From Octopus sinensis (lineage: Eukaryota), in the NCBI RefSeq assembly GCF_006345805.1, contig NC_042999.1, positions 29,016,001 through 29,080,000 of the forward strand: 64,000 nt of DNA, in the 5' to 3' direction. A model generated the notes under the pieces. That model saw only the letters and a list, made by a program, of their open reading frames with translations. It had not been told where the DNA came from and made no database searches. Made by a program: the position numbers and the translations under genes. Positions 1-11,145 of the stretch are shown piece by piece. How positions within the stretch are numbered: position 1 is the first letter of the stretch; every line of letters starts with the position of its first letter.

Positions 1-859
1 AATCGCCAGTAAAACGAAGTAAACAAACGCACTCAATCAAATTCTCTAGAATTGTGACAGATACTTAAGACTGATTGAGAGATTTAACTTAGAAAAGATT
101 GCAGAGAATGATAAATAAATTATAAATTGCGATTTTGTCGAGACAAATGGGATATCTCTTATATATAATGATATATTCACAGAAGCAAGAAGTGCCAGCA
201 GACTTATTCGGTATCATGCGATCTTATTCGGATGTACAAAGTCATATACACATACACTGTAGCAGTTACATCAATCAGCAGATACACTTTGTAATTCATA
301 TATATGCGGACACGTGAGATCATGAGCTTACGTGTATGTATTGTATCCATGTATTTATGCATGTAAACTATCTATATACGCATGTATGCAACGTACATGC
401 GTAAGTGCTGGATGAAGTAATGTCAATATGTTACATAGCCACTGGTGTAACACATATTGCCTAATGCAAATTGTAATCACATACGTTCATTTGTGAAAAT
501 ACACATCACTCTGGTTAAATGTAATTTATGGTAAGATAATTAACTCAGTGTGAGTTGATGTGCGCGTGGGTGTGTACATATATATATATAATACAATGAG
601 CTGAGGTTCACTACAGCTGTTTGAGACGTGTTTATTTATTTATTTATTATTATTATTTTGATGGGCAAATGAACAATATCACGTAAAAACTCCTTTTCCT
701 TCCGGTGAATTACAATTAAAAAAATATCATTTACGATTTTTCGCACAACGTTAGCAACCAGCACCAGATAGTGAGACTACTTGTGTTTCAAGAGCACATA
801 TCAACTTCAAATCAATAACCATTAGCAACCGAAATGTAGGCAATTTCAATACAAAATTA

Positions 860-1047
860 GATATCCTACGTTCAAGAGTTTCGGCACCAGTGAGGTCGCA
901 AATCATTTCTAGAGCTGAATCAACTGGAGCAACTTGAAATAAATTGACTTATTCAAGAATACAACACATGACCCCGTCCGGCCGGGAAGGAACTCACTAC
1001 CTCACGATTGTGAGCCCGTCGCTCTAGCCACTGAGCCCTGCGCCTTC
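860..1047 (-). mobile_element. tRNA-derived SINE, diverged copy
   Basis: Minus strand reads GAAGGCGCAGGGCTCAGTGGCTAGAGCG (A-box-like head), then a body GTTGTATTCTTGAATAAGTCAATTTATTTCAAGTTGCTCCAGTTGATTCAGCT that aligns by eye to the body of the SINE at 22280-22515. Confidence 0.6.
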
Positions 1048-1081
1048 ATAGCGATATACTCATACAAGCCCACAGACACTC

Positions 1082-1129
<48 letters not shown>

Positions 1130-1828
1130 GGTAAACAGTAAAATTAATTACAGACATGGACAAGAACATGAAACACCACAGAGACGACACAAGAACCACA
1201 GGACGGGACATTCGAAGCCCTCAGTCATCAGTCAAGAACCAGATCATCTTAGCAATTTCGGCTGATTAATCTTGAGATTGCTCCGATATGGCCAGCCCGC
1301 CAAGGGAAATCTAAGCCAAGCGCATTAGATCCCCTGGAAGAAAGCTTCGAATGTATACAACAGGACGGAAAACGATCGAAGTACACAAACAAAAATACAG
1401 AATACGTGACACCAATAAGAATACAAAAACGTAAAAACAATAACGGTAAAAATAAAAAATAAACAACAAAACAAAACCAGGACGTAGGACAAGGGTCTTT
1501 CGACAGGACGATTTGAGTATGGGGCTGGCTTGTGAAGTTGTGCCTAAAGGCCACGGGGAGACGAACAAATACGTGTTGCTTCTGCGGCTGCTGAAAACGA
1601 AAAGAGCGCTCAACAGCGGCTAGCTGTCACGTGAGAACAAAAGACAGGAGAAAGGGACAGATGAAAAGGGAGAGAAGGTGGACGAGGGAGGAGAAGAAAG
1701 AGACAGATCGAGGGGGCTGGAGGTGAGAGAGATAGAGAAACGTAGAAAGGGGGGGGGACGGATGGAGAGGGAAAGAAAGGAAGTGGAATAAGGGAGGAGA
1801 GAGAGAGAGAGAAAAAGAGACAGATTAA
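1130..1828. repeat. Unclassified non-coding interspersed element inserted in (TA)n
   Basis: Complex purine-rich block with (TA)n runs on both sides (1082-1129 and from about 1830). No credible ORF. Its layout resembles the non-autonomous Penelope-associated blocks elsewhere in the window (inference). Confidence 0.4.
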
Positions 1829-1928
1829 TACATATATATATATATAAATATATATATATACATATATATATAAACATATATATATACATATATATATAAA
1901 CATATATATATATATATATATATATATA

Positions 1929-2346
1929 GGCGCAGGAGTGGCTGTGTGGTAAGTAGCTTACTAACAAACCACATAGTTCCGGGTTCAGTCCCACTGCGTG
2001 GCATCTTGGGCAAGTGTCTTCTGCTATAGCCCCGGGCCGACCAATGCCTTGTGAGTGGATTTGGTAGACGGAAACTGAAAGAAGCCTGTCGTATATATGT
2101 ATATATATATATATATAAGTGTGTGCGTATATGTTTGTATGTTTGTGTGTTTGTCCCCCTAGCATCGCTTGACAACCGATGCTGGTGTGTTTACGTCCCC
2201 GTCACTTAGCGGTTCGTCAAAAGAGACCGATAGAATAAGTACTGGGCTTACAAAGAATAAGTCCCGGGGTTGATTTGCTCGACTAAAGGCGGTGCTCCAG
2301 CATGGCCGCAGTCAAATGACTGAAACAAGTAAAAGAGTAAAGAGTA
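1929..2346 (+). mobile_element. SINE family A, full-length, with internal (TA)n(TG)n
   Basis: Head GGCGCAGGAGTGGCTGTGTGGTAAG...GGGTTCAGTCCCACTGCG (Pol III A/B-box-like), CORE-like CTTGGGCAAGTGTCTT, internal microsatellite and AAGAGTA-repeat tail. Near-identical to the copy at 54348-54767. Confidence 0.85.
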
Positions 2347-2407
2347 AAGAGTATATACATATGCATGTATATGTATACACACACATATACATACATATAT
2401 ATGTATA

Positions 2408-2462
<55 letters not shown>

Positions 2463-2594
2463 ATGTATATATGTATAGGAATTTTAAAAGATGTTTATTC
2501 ACTTAATGAATAAACAACTTTTAAAATTGCATTTTCAAGCATTCTTTCATATATAATTCACCCCCTCGTGCGGTACCTTACAACTTCACTTTGT

Positions 2595-2713
<119 letters not shown>

Positions 2714-3179
2714 AGTGATAATTATTCGGTAGCCATGATGTCAGGCCGAAAACCCACGCCGACATCTCTTCAGTTATCTGGCCATCGGATAAAATGCTAT
2801 GAAAATGAAAGGGAAATTACTGTGTGATTGACTGTTATTTAGACAAAAGAGCTACTAGAACGACCTCTAAGTGAGGGGAGGGAGTAAAGGTAAGAGAGTA
2901 AATATGTTCACAGTATTCGCATAAGCGCGCATGTCTATACTTACACATGTGCACGCGCAAACTCACGTACATTTTAAAACTCGGAGTATTATTATGGCTA
3001 TCCAATAATTGTCATATTTTATATTTACAGATAAATTCCTCTATTTACATAAAATCGAGGACTTTTTCATTTTATTGTTGTCTTAACATTTCTCTCAATA
3101 TATGTATATATATATGCATACATAAATACATAAATACATACATACATACATACAAACATACATATACACATGCATACAT

Positions 3180-3312
3180 AGCCTCGGAGAACACTAAGTC
3201 AGTATTAGGCACAGAAAGATGGAGTCCTCTTGTCGATTTCTTCGACTAAAAACCCTTACAGTGGTGCAACAGCATGGCCGCAGTCAGATGACTGAAACAA
3301 ATAAAAGAAAAG
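3180..3312 (+). mobile_element. SINE family A, 3' fragment
   Basis: GTCGATTTCTTCGACTAAA...CAGCATGGCCGCAGTCAGATGACTGAAACAAATAAAAGA matches the family A tail. Confidence 0.6.
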
Positions 3313-3441
3313 AATACACATATACAAACATACGTAAATACGTTGCATAAACACACACACACACACACATATATATACATATGTGTGTATATATAGATAT
3401 ACATATATATGTGTTTGTATGTATATATGTGTGCGTATTTG

Positions 3442-3482
<41 letters not shown>

Positions 3483-4078
3483 GGGTGTGTGTGTGCGCGT
3501 GTGCGTGTGTGTGTTTATACAGTCAATAGGAGTATGTTTGAACCACATTAGGGATCTCGGATGTATCATCTCCCAATGCATTTTGAGCTTTATAACTTAT
3601 AATGTAATTGTCCTGTTACTTTTTTAAGGAACTTCAACACCTTTGTATCATGTAAGTTATTCATACATATATCTTCCTCCATTTTCTTTCAATACATCTG
3701 TGTGTGTGTGCGCGCGTGTGTGTGTGTGTATAATAAACTACATAAAGAGATTGAATTTATAATCTAATAATTTATTTATATTGTATTCAACAACAAAGGG
3801 GGCTATCTTTTCGGAGATAAGTATGATTGGTACATTGAAAATTGGCAATATAAGACATACTTGAAAATGTAGAGTTAAAAGAATGTATTCGCGATGTGCT
3901 TACACTGTACATCTACTCTGAAATTGATTTCAGGTAACAAAAAATGAAGACATGAAGAGCTTGACTTCAGGTATTAATAACATATATGTTGGCCATTATT
4001 AAGACGTTTTATGAAATTAGGGCAGACATTTTGGAAGATTTTATTTTTCAAAAAAGTTTCTGTTGACAGTTTCACCAA

Positions 4079-4645
4079 ATGGTTTTACTTTTATATTATT
4101 TTTATTTTTATGTTTACACTAAGAATAAGATAACTAATAGTAAAACAATTTGGTTAATTATTCCATACGGGAGGCAAATTAAATCTAACCTTCCTTTGCA
4201 GTTTCGTGAAGCTATTATTAGGAATTTTCCAAAGAATTCTAGGTATTACTCTATTATCAACTCACACGCAGTTAGGATTGGTTTCTCCAACACAAAACTT
4301 CTCAAACAGATTATCTCTTCACATAATATTAACCTGTTAAATATTGATACATTTACTAATACTAAGATTAATTTAGCTAATACCATCCATCCCACTAGAA
4401 CTATTAATAACAAGGTTATCGTATCTGAAGTAAATTACAACAGAATCAAGTTTATGTCAAGTATCTCTAAGATTACAAATTCTATATACCAATGTAAAAT
4501 TACTACTGGTAATGAAGTATATTTTTATATAGGAAGCACATCTTCTCAGTTATCTAAAAGAATTTATAATCATTACTCCACATTTAGGTATAAGAATAGA
4601 CGTAACAGTACAGGACTTAGTAAATTAATTTGGGATTTAAAAGAC
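4079..4645 (+). pseudogene. Penelope-like element fragment: linker plus GIY-YIG endonuclease
   Basis: ORF 4079-4699 contains IWLIIPYG...NFP...KQIISSHN (PLE linker-like) and IYQCKITTGNEVYFYIGSTSSQLSKRIYNH...TGLSKLIWDLK (GIY-YIG pattern). It is truncated at both ends. Confidence 0.75.
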
Positions 4646-6124
4646 CACGTACACTACATTGAATATCTTGCAGTTCGCAGTGAAATGATGCCGCATTGAA
4701 AGGTAGACAAATAATTGTAAAGATTTAATAACGATAAAAGTGAGTAGGATATACGTACATACGTACTGAAAATAATGAACATGAGTCTTATTGTGAGTAG
4801 AGAGTATACTTAGAGTTGTCCCCGGCTTATAACGACATTCACTGAAGAGCTATCATGAAGGATTGAAAAATATCATGTCCACCAGTAACGCACAATGAAA
4901 ATTACAGAATGATTGCATTGTTTTCGAGTTTTTAGTAATTCACACCAAAGTCAGAATGTTTCCCAGTTCACACTACGCGGATGTAAACTTTTGTGGACCA
5001 TCCAACACCATCCCGCTCTGTGTCACGTGGGTGTGTCGAAACAGCTAAAGAGTTGACATGAAAAAGCATGTTGATATATTGGTGAAGGAGGTAGCCATGG
5101 TGTCGACGGTGTGGCTTCATAGTGACGGCAGAGCAGAACTGCAATTTCGTCATTTTGGGCCTAGTTAAAGCATCTTTGGAGCTCTCCGATTATCAGTTTG
5201 GCATTTTTCATTTACTGCCGACTGAAACTGTGTTTGCGTGGTGAATTATAACATATAATGATAAGACACGAGTTATTTCTCTCTAAATTATATATGTTAA
5301 TGTTATGGTGCAGTTACTGTTGAGAATTTCGACTGGAAAATTATTTTATTTGATAAAAATTTCACCTAGATAAAAGATTATATATTTTTCATTCCCTTCG
5401 GAAATTTATTTTAAGTGTGGTTTTGGTCGCTTCTTCTAGCGTGTGAAATTACCTGTTAGAGGTAGTTTCACTTGTGTTTAAATGCACACTATTATATATA
5501 TCGTTTTGGGATTTGGTTTTCAAGATACTTTAAGTTACTTGCGTCTTGTAACATTTTCACTATACTCTGTAAGTAATAACTAAGAAAACAAATCTATTTC
5601 TTGCGCAATGTTGTATCTTTCAACCTACGACTAACATGCTTGCAATAATTTCTGGTGATCACAAGGCAGGTGGTTTTACTGAAAAAGTATAAGAACTTTT
5701 AGAAGAAATAACTCATAGTCCTACGGAGTCTAATAACGGAGATGGAATACTCACTATCAGCTGAGATATACAGTTTTAATGAGGTTATGCAGAATACAAA
5801 TAACATAATATTACTTACATCTACAAGAAATTCAGTTTCTTTTACGAAAAGCGATGTTAAGAACGCAAAATATGACAAGTAAATTCATCAACTTAATAGC
5901 TTTTAAATGATATACCGAGGGGTGATTATATTTGAAAAAATCAACATGTATCATAATACATATCTTTCAAATCCCTAGGATTTTCACTATACTAAATACA
6001 GCTCGAAGATGGAAATCCGACGGTGTTACCACGAAATTCACTTAGGCATAACATCATTAATGACACACTCTCGTGTCCTGGACGATTTAGTTTCTCTCCT
6101 GAAGATTCTCTCTGACCAAGATGC

Positions 6125-6375
6125 ACAGGTTTATTTTTCAGCATACTGCCGCCATCCCTTGTGTTCTAAACACGTCTTCCGTCGGTGCAGCAGTGCTTGG
6201 ATCACTTCGGAGAAGAAACATTCATGCTGTTGGTGAAAAACGTTATCAGCAATTGGTGTGTCGTCATCATATCTGCGATACTGAATTTCACCCAAGTGTC
6301 TTTTCATATTGATATTCCGATGGGATTAAATCAGAAGAACAGAGTGGATGATAAACCATGTGTATGACACAGACC
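6125..6375 (-). mobile_element. mariner transposase C-terminal relic
   Basis: Manual minus-strand translation across frameshifts gives PLCSSDLIPSEY (YSPDLAPSDY-like)...YRRYDDD...NECFFSEVIQALLHRRKTCLEHKG..YAEK*. Confidence 0.6.
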
Positions 6376-7271
6376 TGCATGGTATCCATTTAAGCCAAGG
6401 GTTAAACAGTAGTGTTATGACTGAAAACATCCTCTAAATGGTAGGAATGTCTTGCACATTTGTTAGTCATAGTACATAAAACATGAAGCTGCGTTTTCCG
6501 CCCCAGAACTAAAATTTAGACATAGTCGATATGCATCTTGTTTCTTCAATAAACGGTAATAGGTTTGAAGCTGAAACTGTATCTAGGGGTACTGATTGCG
6601 TTATCTTCGTCTGAATTATTAACGAATATCAGTTTTCTCCTGTATTTTCCTTACCACATTTGAGTCCAGATTGCAGCTTCATTTCTGTAAAAAATTACAT
6701 CTATTTTCTTCAAAATACCATCTGGTTACATGTGTTTCAACTTAGCCACTGTTTTCATATTTAAGTTTTGACAATATACTTGATACTCAATCGGTTTCAA
6801 TATAGTTCAAATCGTCTAATGTAGTTTCCTATCGTCCTTTCCTGTTAGAGATGGTCCTTGCCTCAGCATCATGCCTCATGGGTTGGAAACGTCTGGAACA
6901 CAGATATTATCTCAGTTGGCAATATTAGGGCTGATGTCTTCTGTCTAAATTTGTTCAGTCTACATTTCCTTTCTGCCCTTTATGCTTCAGCTATAACTTA
7001 GGGATCAATTGCATGGAAGTAAGCTTCTGTGTGCAATGTAATATTTATAGGCACTCCATGCCAAGCATTCTGAGAAATATCAGTCCATTTTCTTTTATTT
7101 TCCTGTTTTGATAAATATGATTTACCGAAGCCCATCTCGAGACACTTATATTTACGCTACTTAGAGTATTTCTATTTTGGATATATTTGGGTTACTTAAT
7201 TGTGCTCATGACTTAGTGTTCGCCTCTTCCATGGGTATAAGTAAGTATTTCACTTATTTCTTTGCCGCATT

Positions 7272-7325
7272 TATCACTGATGAAGGGAAGGTTCTTATGA
7301 ACTTACTCTGAAATCGGGTATGATA
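7272..7325 (+). ncRNA. Type I hammerhead ribozyme
   Basis: TATCA-CTGATGA-AGGGAAGGTTC(TTAT)GAACTTACTCT-GAAA-TCGGG-TA-TGATA: 5-bp stem I, intact CUGAUGA and GAAA core, 11-position stem II with one mismatch, short stem III, and a GUA cleavage triplet ending at 7320. Confidence 0.75.
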
Positions 7326-8557
7326 TGGTAATAACGAGATGTTTCAGAAATTTCTGTCGGCTTTCTTCGAAACGCGTGCTTGTAGTGACAAATTACATGG
7401 TTATTACCGTTATGTCTATTTTCGGCATATTTTGGCATTAGAAATAAAAAAAAAATAATAATTAATAATTAATTAATTAATTAATTAATAAAATAATATG
7501 TAAATATAAAGATATACATACACATATATATATATATAATATATATATATATATATAAGATTTATAAGTTTAAATTATTTAAATAATTTTTTATTTTTAA
7601 CGTTTATATTTTAAAATTAATTTTATGTATTGGCTTATGTTTTTCACTGTTTGGTTTGCCTAATAGTGGTTTTATCTCTAATTTAATATAATATATATAT
7701 ATATATAAATGTATATACATTAAGATTAAATATATATATGCATATGTACATTAAGATTATATGTATATGTACATATATAATGCGTGACCGTTTGTATAAC
7801 TATGTACATAGAGTGATGCACTGGTGTGCAGGGCATATAAGCAAGGAAAATAAGGTACTGCATAACATCTTTACTAAAGTTTAATTAGATTTCACAACGT
7901 TTGTATTTATGCGAATTGCTTATATCCTATAACGTGCCAAGAACATGTTGGTGGACAGTTAAATATAGCAGTGACTGTCAATGAAATAATTGTTCGGTGT
8001 TAGTGAATGGACAACAGAATATATTTACTTACAGGATTATAAAACAAACATGATGAACATTCTACATACATACTTACAAACATCTGTGATAATTTATTAC
8101 TTGATTTCAAAACAGTTTCCAACTTCTGTAAGTTAACACATTCTGTTATGTGTGTAAATTCAATATGAAATATTACTTATGCCATGTGATAGTTTTAGTA
8201 TCGAGTTTCAAAATATTAAGAAGAACTTGGTAGTTACACTTACTATAGCAGCATATCTTGTTAGATAGCATTAGAGGGCTGTATAACGTTTCTAGAAGGA
8301 ACGACAAAAGAGAGAAATTGGAACAACTACATATAACTTCGACCGTATTAACTTGCACATATTTACACTCATGCATATGAGCATGCTCACAAACACAAAC
8401 ACACACACAAACACATACATATATGTGGGTATTTTGATATACGTTAATGGCTTTAAGTATACATATCTAATGCATATCCATATCCATATATATATATATA
8501 TATATATATATGCATATAATGCATATACATATATACATATACATATATACATATATA

Positions 8558-8615
8558 GGCGCAGGACCAAAACCTTGTGAGTGGATTTGGTAGGCAGAAA
8601 CTGAAAGAAGAATGT

Positions 8616-8656
<41 letters not shown>

Positions 8657-8870
8657 TTACTCCTTTACTTGTTTCTGTCATTTGACTGTGGCCATGCTGG
8701 GGCACCGCTTTAATCGAGCAAATCGACACCAGAACTTATTATTTGAATGCAAAGTGCTTATTCTATCGATCTCTTTTGCCGAACCGCTACGTTACTGGAA
8801 CTTAAACAAACCAGCATCGGCCGTCAAGCGATGTTCGGGGGACAAACATATACACAAACACATACACACA

Positions 8871-8954
<84 letters not shown>

Positions 8955-9342
8955 CTATATATACATATATACGACGGGCTTCTTTCAATTTCCGTCTACC
9001 AAATCCACTCAAAAGACTTTGGCTTAACCCGAGGCTATTGTAGAAGAAATTAGCCGAATGTGCCACGCAGTGTGACTGAACCTGGAGCCATGTGCTTCAT
9101 AAGCAAGCTACTCCTACGCCTTTATATATATATGCTTGTATACTTGTTTTTATTCCCCAAACATCGCTTGACAACCGAGACTGGTGAGTTTAAGACACCG
9201 TAACATAGCGGTTCGGCAAAATAGACCGATGAAATAAGTACTAGACTTACAAAGAATATAGCCTGGTGTCGATTTGCTCGACTAAAGACAATGTTCTAGT
9301 ATGTCCGCAGCCAAATGACTGAAAGAGTTAAAAGAATACAAG
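8558..9342 (+). mobile_element. SINE family A, internally deleted, split by a nested SINE
   Basis: The 5' part GGCGCAGGA/CCAAAACCTTGTGAGTGGATTTGG lies at 8558-8617 and the 3' part CATCGCTTGACAACCG...GACTGAAAGAG at about 9150-9342. Confidence 0.7.
8653..9120 (-). mobile_element. SINE family A, near full-length, nested
   Basis: The reverse complement starts GGCGTAGGAGTAGCTTGCTTATG, has an internal (TA)n(TG)n and ends in a GAAACAAGTAAAGGAGTAAAGA tail. Confidence 0.8.
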
Positions 9343-9449
9343 TATATATAAATAAATAGTTATATATGTATGTATTTACATTTACATATATTTATATATA
9401 TATTCTTATTATATATATGTATTTATATGCATATATAGAAGTATATATA

Positions 9450-9509
<60 letters not shown>

Positions 9510-10489
9510 ATATATATATATATACAGGTATCTAGACCCCTCCATATATATACAAGTACATATATACTTACAAGTGTACATCATCTGTGAGTTTGTTGGT
9601 TGCGTGATTATGTGGGAGTCCGATTACATCATCACGCATTTATTCATGTATATATATAGAGATATATATTGTGGGAAATTTAAAAAGAAAAGTAATATTT
9701 TTTTCTATTTTTGTTTTGATATGTAGTTCTTGCTTTTTGCTGATAATTTTTCACTTCCATAAATATGTCCTTTATATGAAACAAGTTTTGCCTTTTTCTA
9801 CATAACATCATTTCCGTTTCCATGTAGAAATACCTCTGGTATTTTCAATGCAAGCTGCACGAAATGAATTATATTTTTTAAACAAATATTATCTAAAATA
9901 AAACTGTATTAACTTTATATGAATAGCATTGCCTCAACAGATATTAATTTTCACATTTTATTTTAACATATAGCTAAATAAGTAGCGTAAATATACTTTT
10001 TTTAGTTCCATTGCTCAAAGAAGATATTACATATATATGCGTATAATTAAATTGAAAAACAATTTTTTTCAAGAATTAAAGAAAAATATGATATTCGATA
10101 TTTTTCTAGTTCTATACATCCGTTTTTCATTCTGTGTACATAATGTCATAGTTCATGAAGCAATGAGGATTATTTATGTATTGGAATATTTTATTATGTG
10201 ATGTTTCACGAATATACATGCTTTTCAATGTATTTGATATAGTATATTACGTTGGCTATTGGCTTCTTATTCATATCTCTCATCATTTCTATTTAGCTAT
10301 CTCTCTATTTCTTATTAATTCATCGCAAAAATACGTAAATGCATTTTTAAAGCGTTATTTATCGAGTATATCAACACGATTTGAGCTTAGAGTAAAATGT
10401 GATATAAGAATTAAAGCAGAATTATTCTAACAAACTAAACAACCAAATCGAATAATAGATAGTAACATCGAAACAATATATATATAGAT

Positions 10490-10525
<36 letters not shown>

Positions 10526-10529
10526 AGAG

Positions 10530-10688
10530 AGATAGAGATAGATAGAGAAATAAAAAGATAGATTAGATAGATTGATAGATAGAAGATACATAATGATAGA
10601 TATATAGATATATATATAGATATATATTAGTAGATAGATAGATAGATAGATATATAGATTAGATAGATAGATAGATAGATAGATGATT

Positions 10689-10719
<31 letters not shown>
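10530..10719. repeat. (GATA)n microsatellite, left flank of LINE
   Basis: Degenerate then pure ATAG repeats up to the LINE 3' junction. Confidence 0.9.
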
Positions 10720-11145
10720 TGTTTCTTTATTAGCCACACAGGGCTGCACACAGATAGAACAAATTACAAGGTAGAGCTTTTCTTTTGAAGGTTTAAAAAA
10801 ATAAAATAAAAAATAAAAAAAATAAAAATAAGAAAAAAATAAAATAAAATAAAAATAAAATAAAAAGGGGGGTCGATCAAAAGGGATCGTAAAAGGAGAG
10901 AAAGAGGACAAAAAAAAAGGGGGGGGTTAAAAAAAAGGGGGAGAGGAAAAAAATTGATCAATAGGGATCGTTATCACAGAAATGTCAATATGAAGTGTAA
11001 AGGGGGGACAGGTGAGGTTTACCCGTGGAAAGAAAAGCCTACGGAAAAGACCACGGTAACCTCGGTCAATGAAGTCACATGTTATATTTTTTTTTTTTTT
11101 TTTTTTTTTTGCAAATAAGCAACTCTCTGTATTAATTTTTACGGT

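Noticed and set aside
1205-1232. CTGATGA on the minus strand as a hammerhead core
   Set aside because: It is followed by GAAT rather than GAAA, and no stem I or III could be built.
4843-4890. CTGAAGA…GAAA on the plus strand
   Set aside because: Stem II is weak and there is no stem I complement.
6600-7100. Possible highly decayed RTE-type RT (also 29030-29500, 30050-30400, 36400-37100)
   Set aside because: Only faint motif resemblance with many stops; it needs a profile search before being called.
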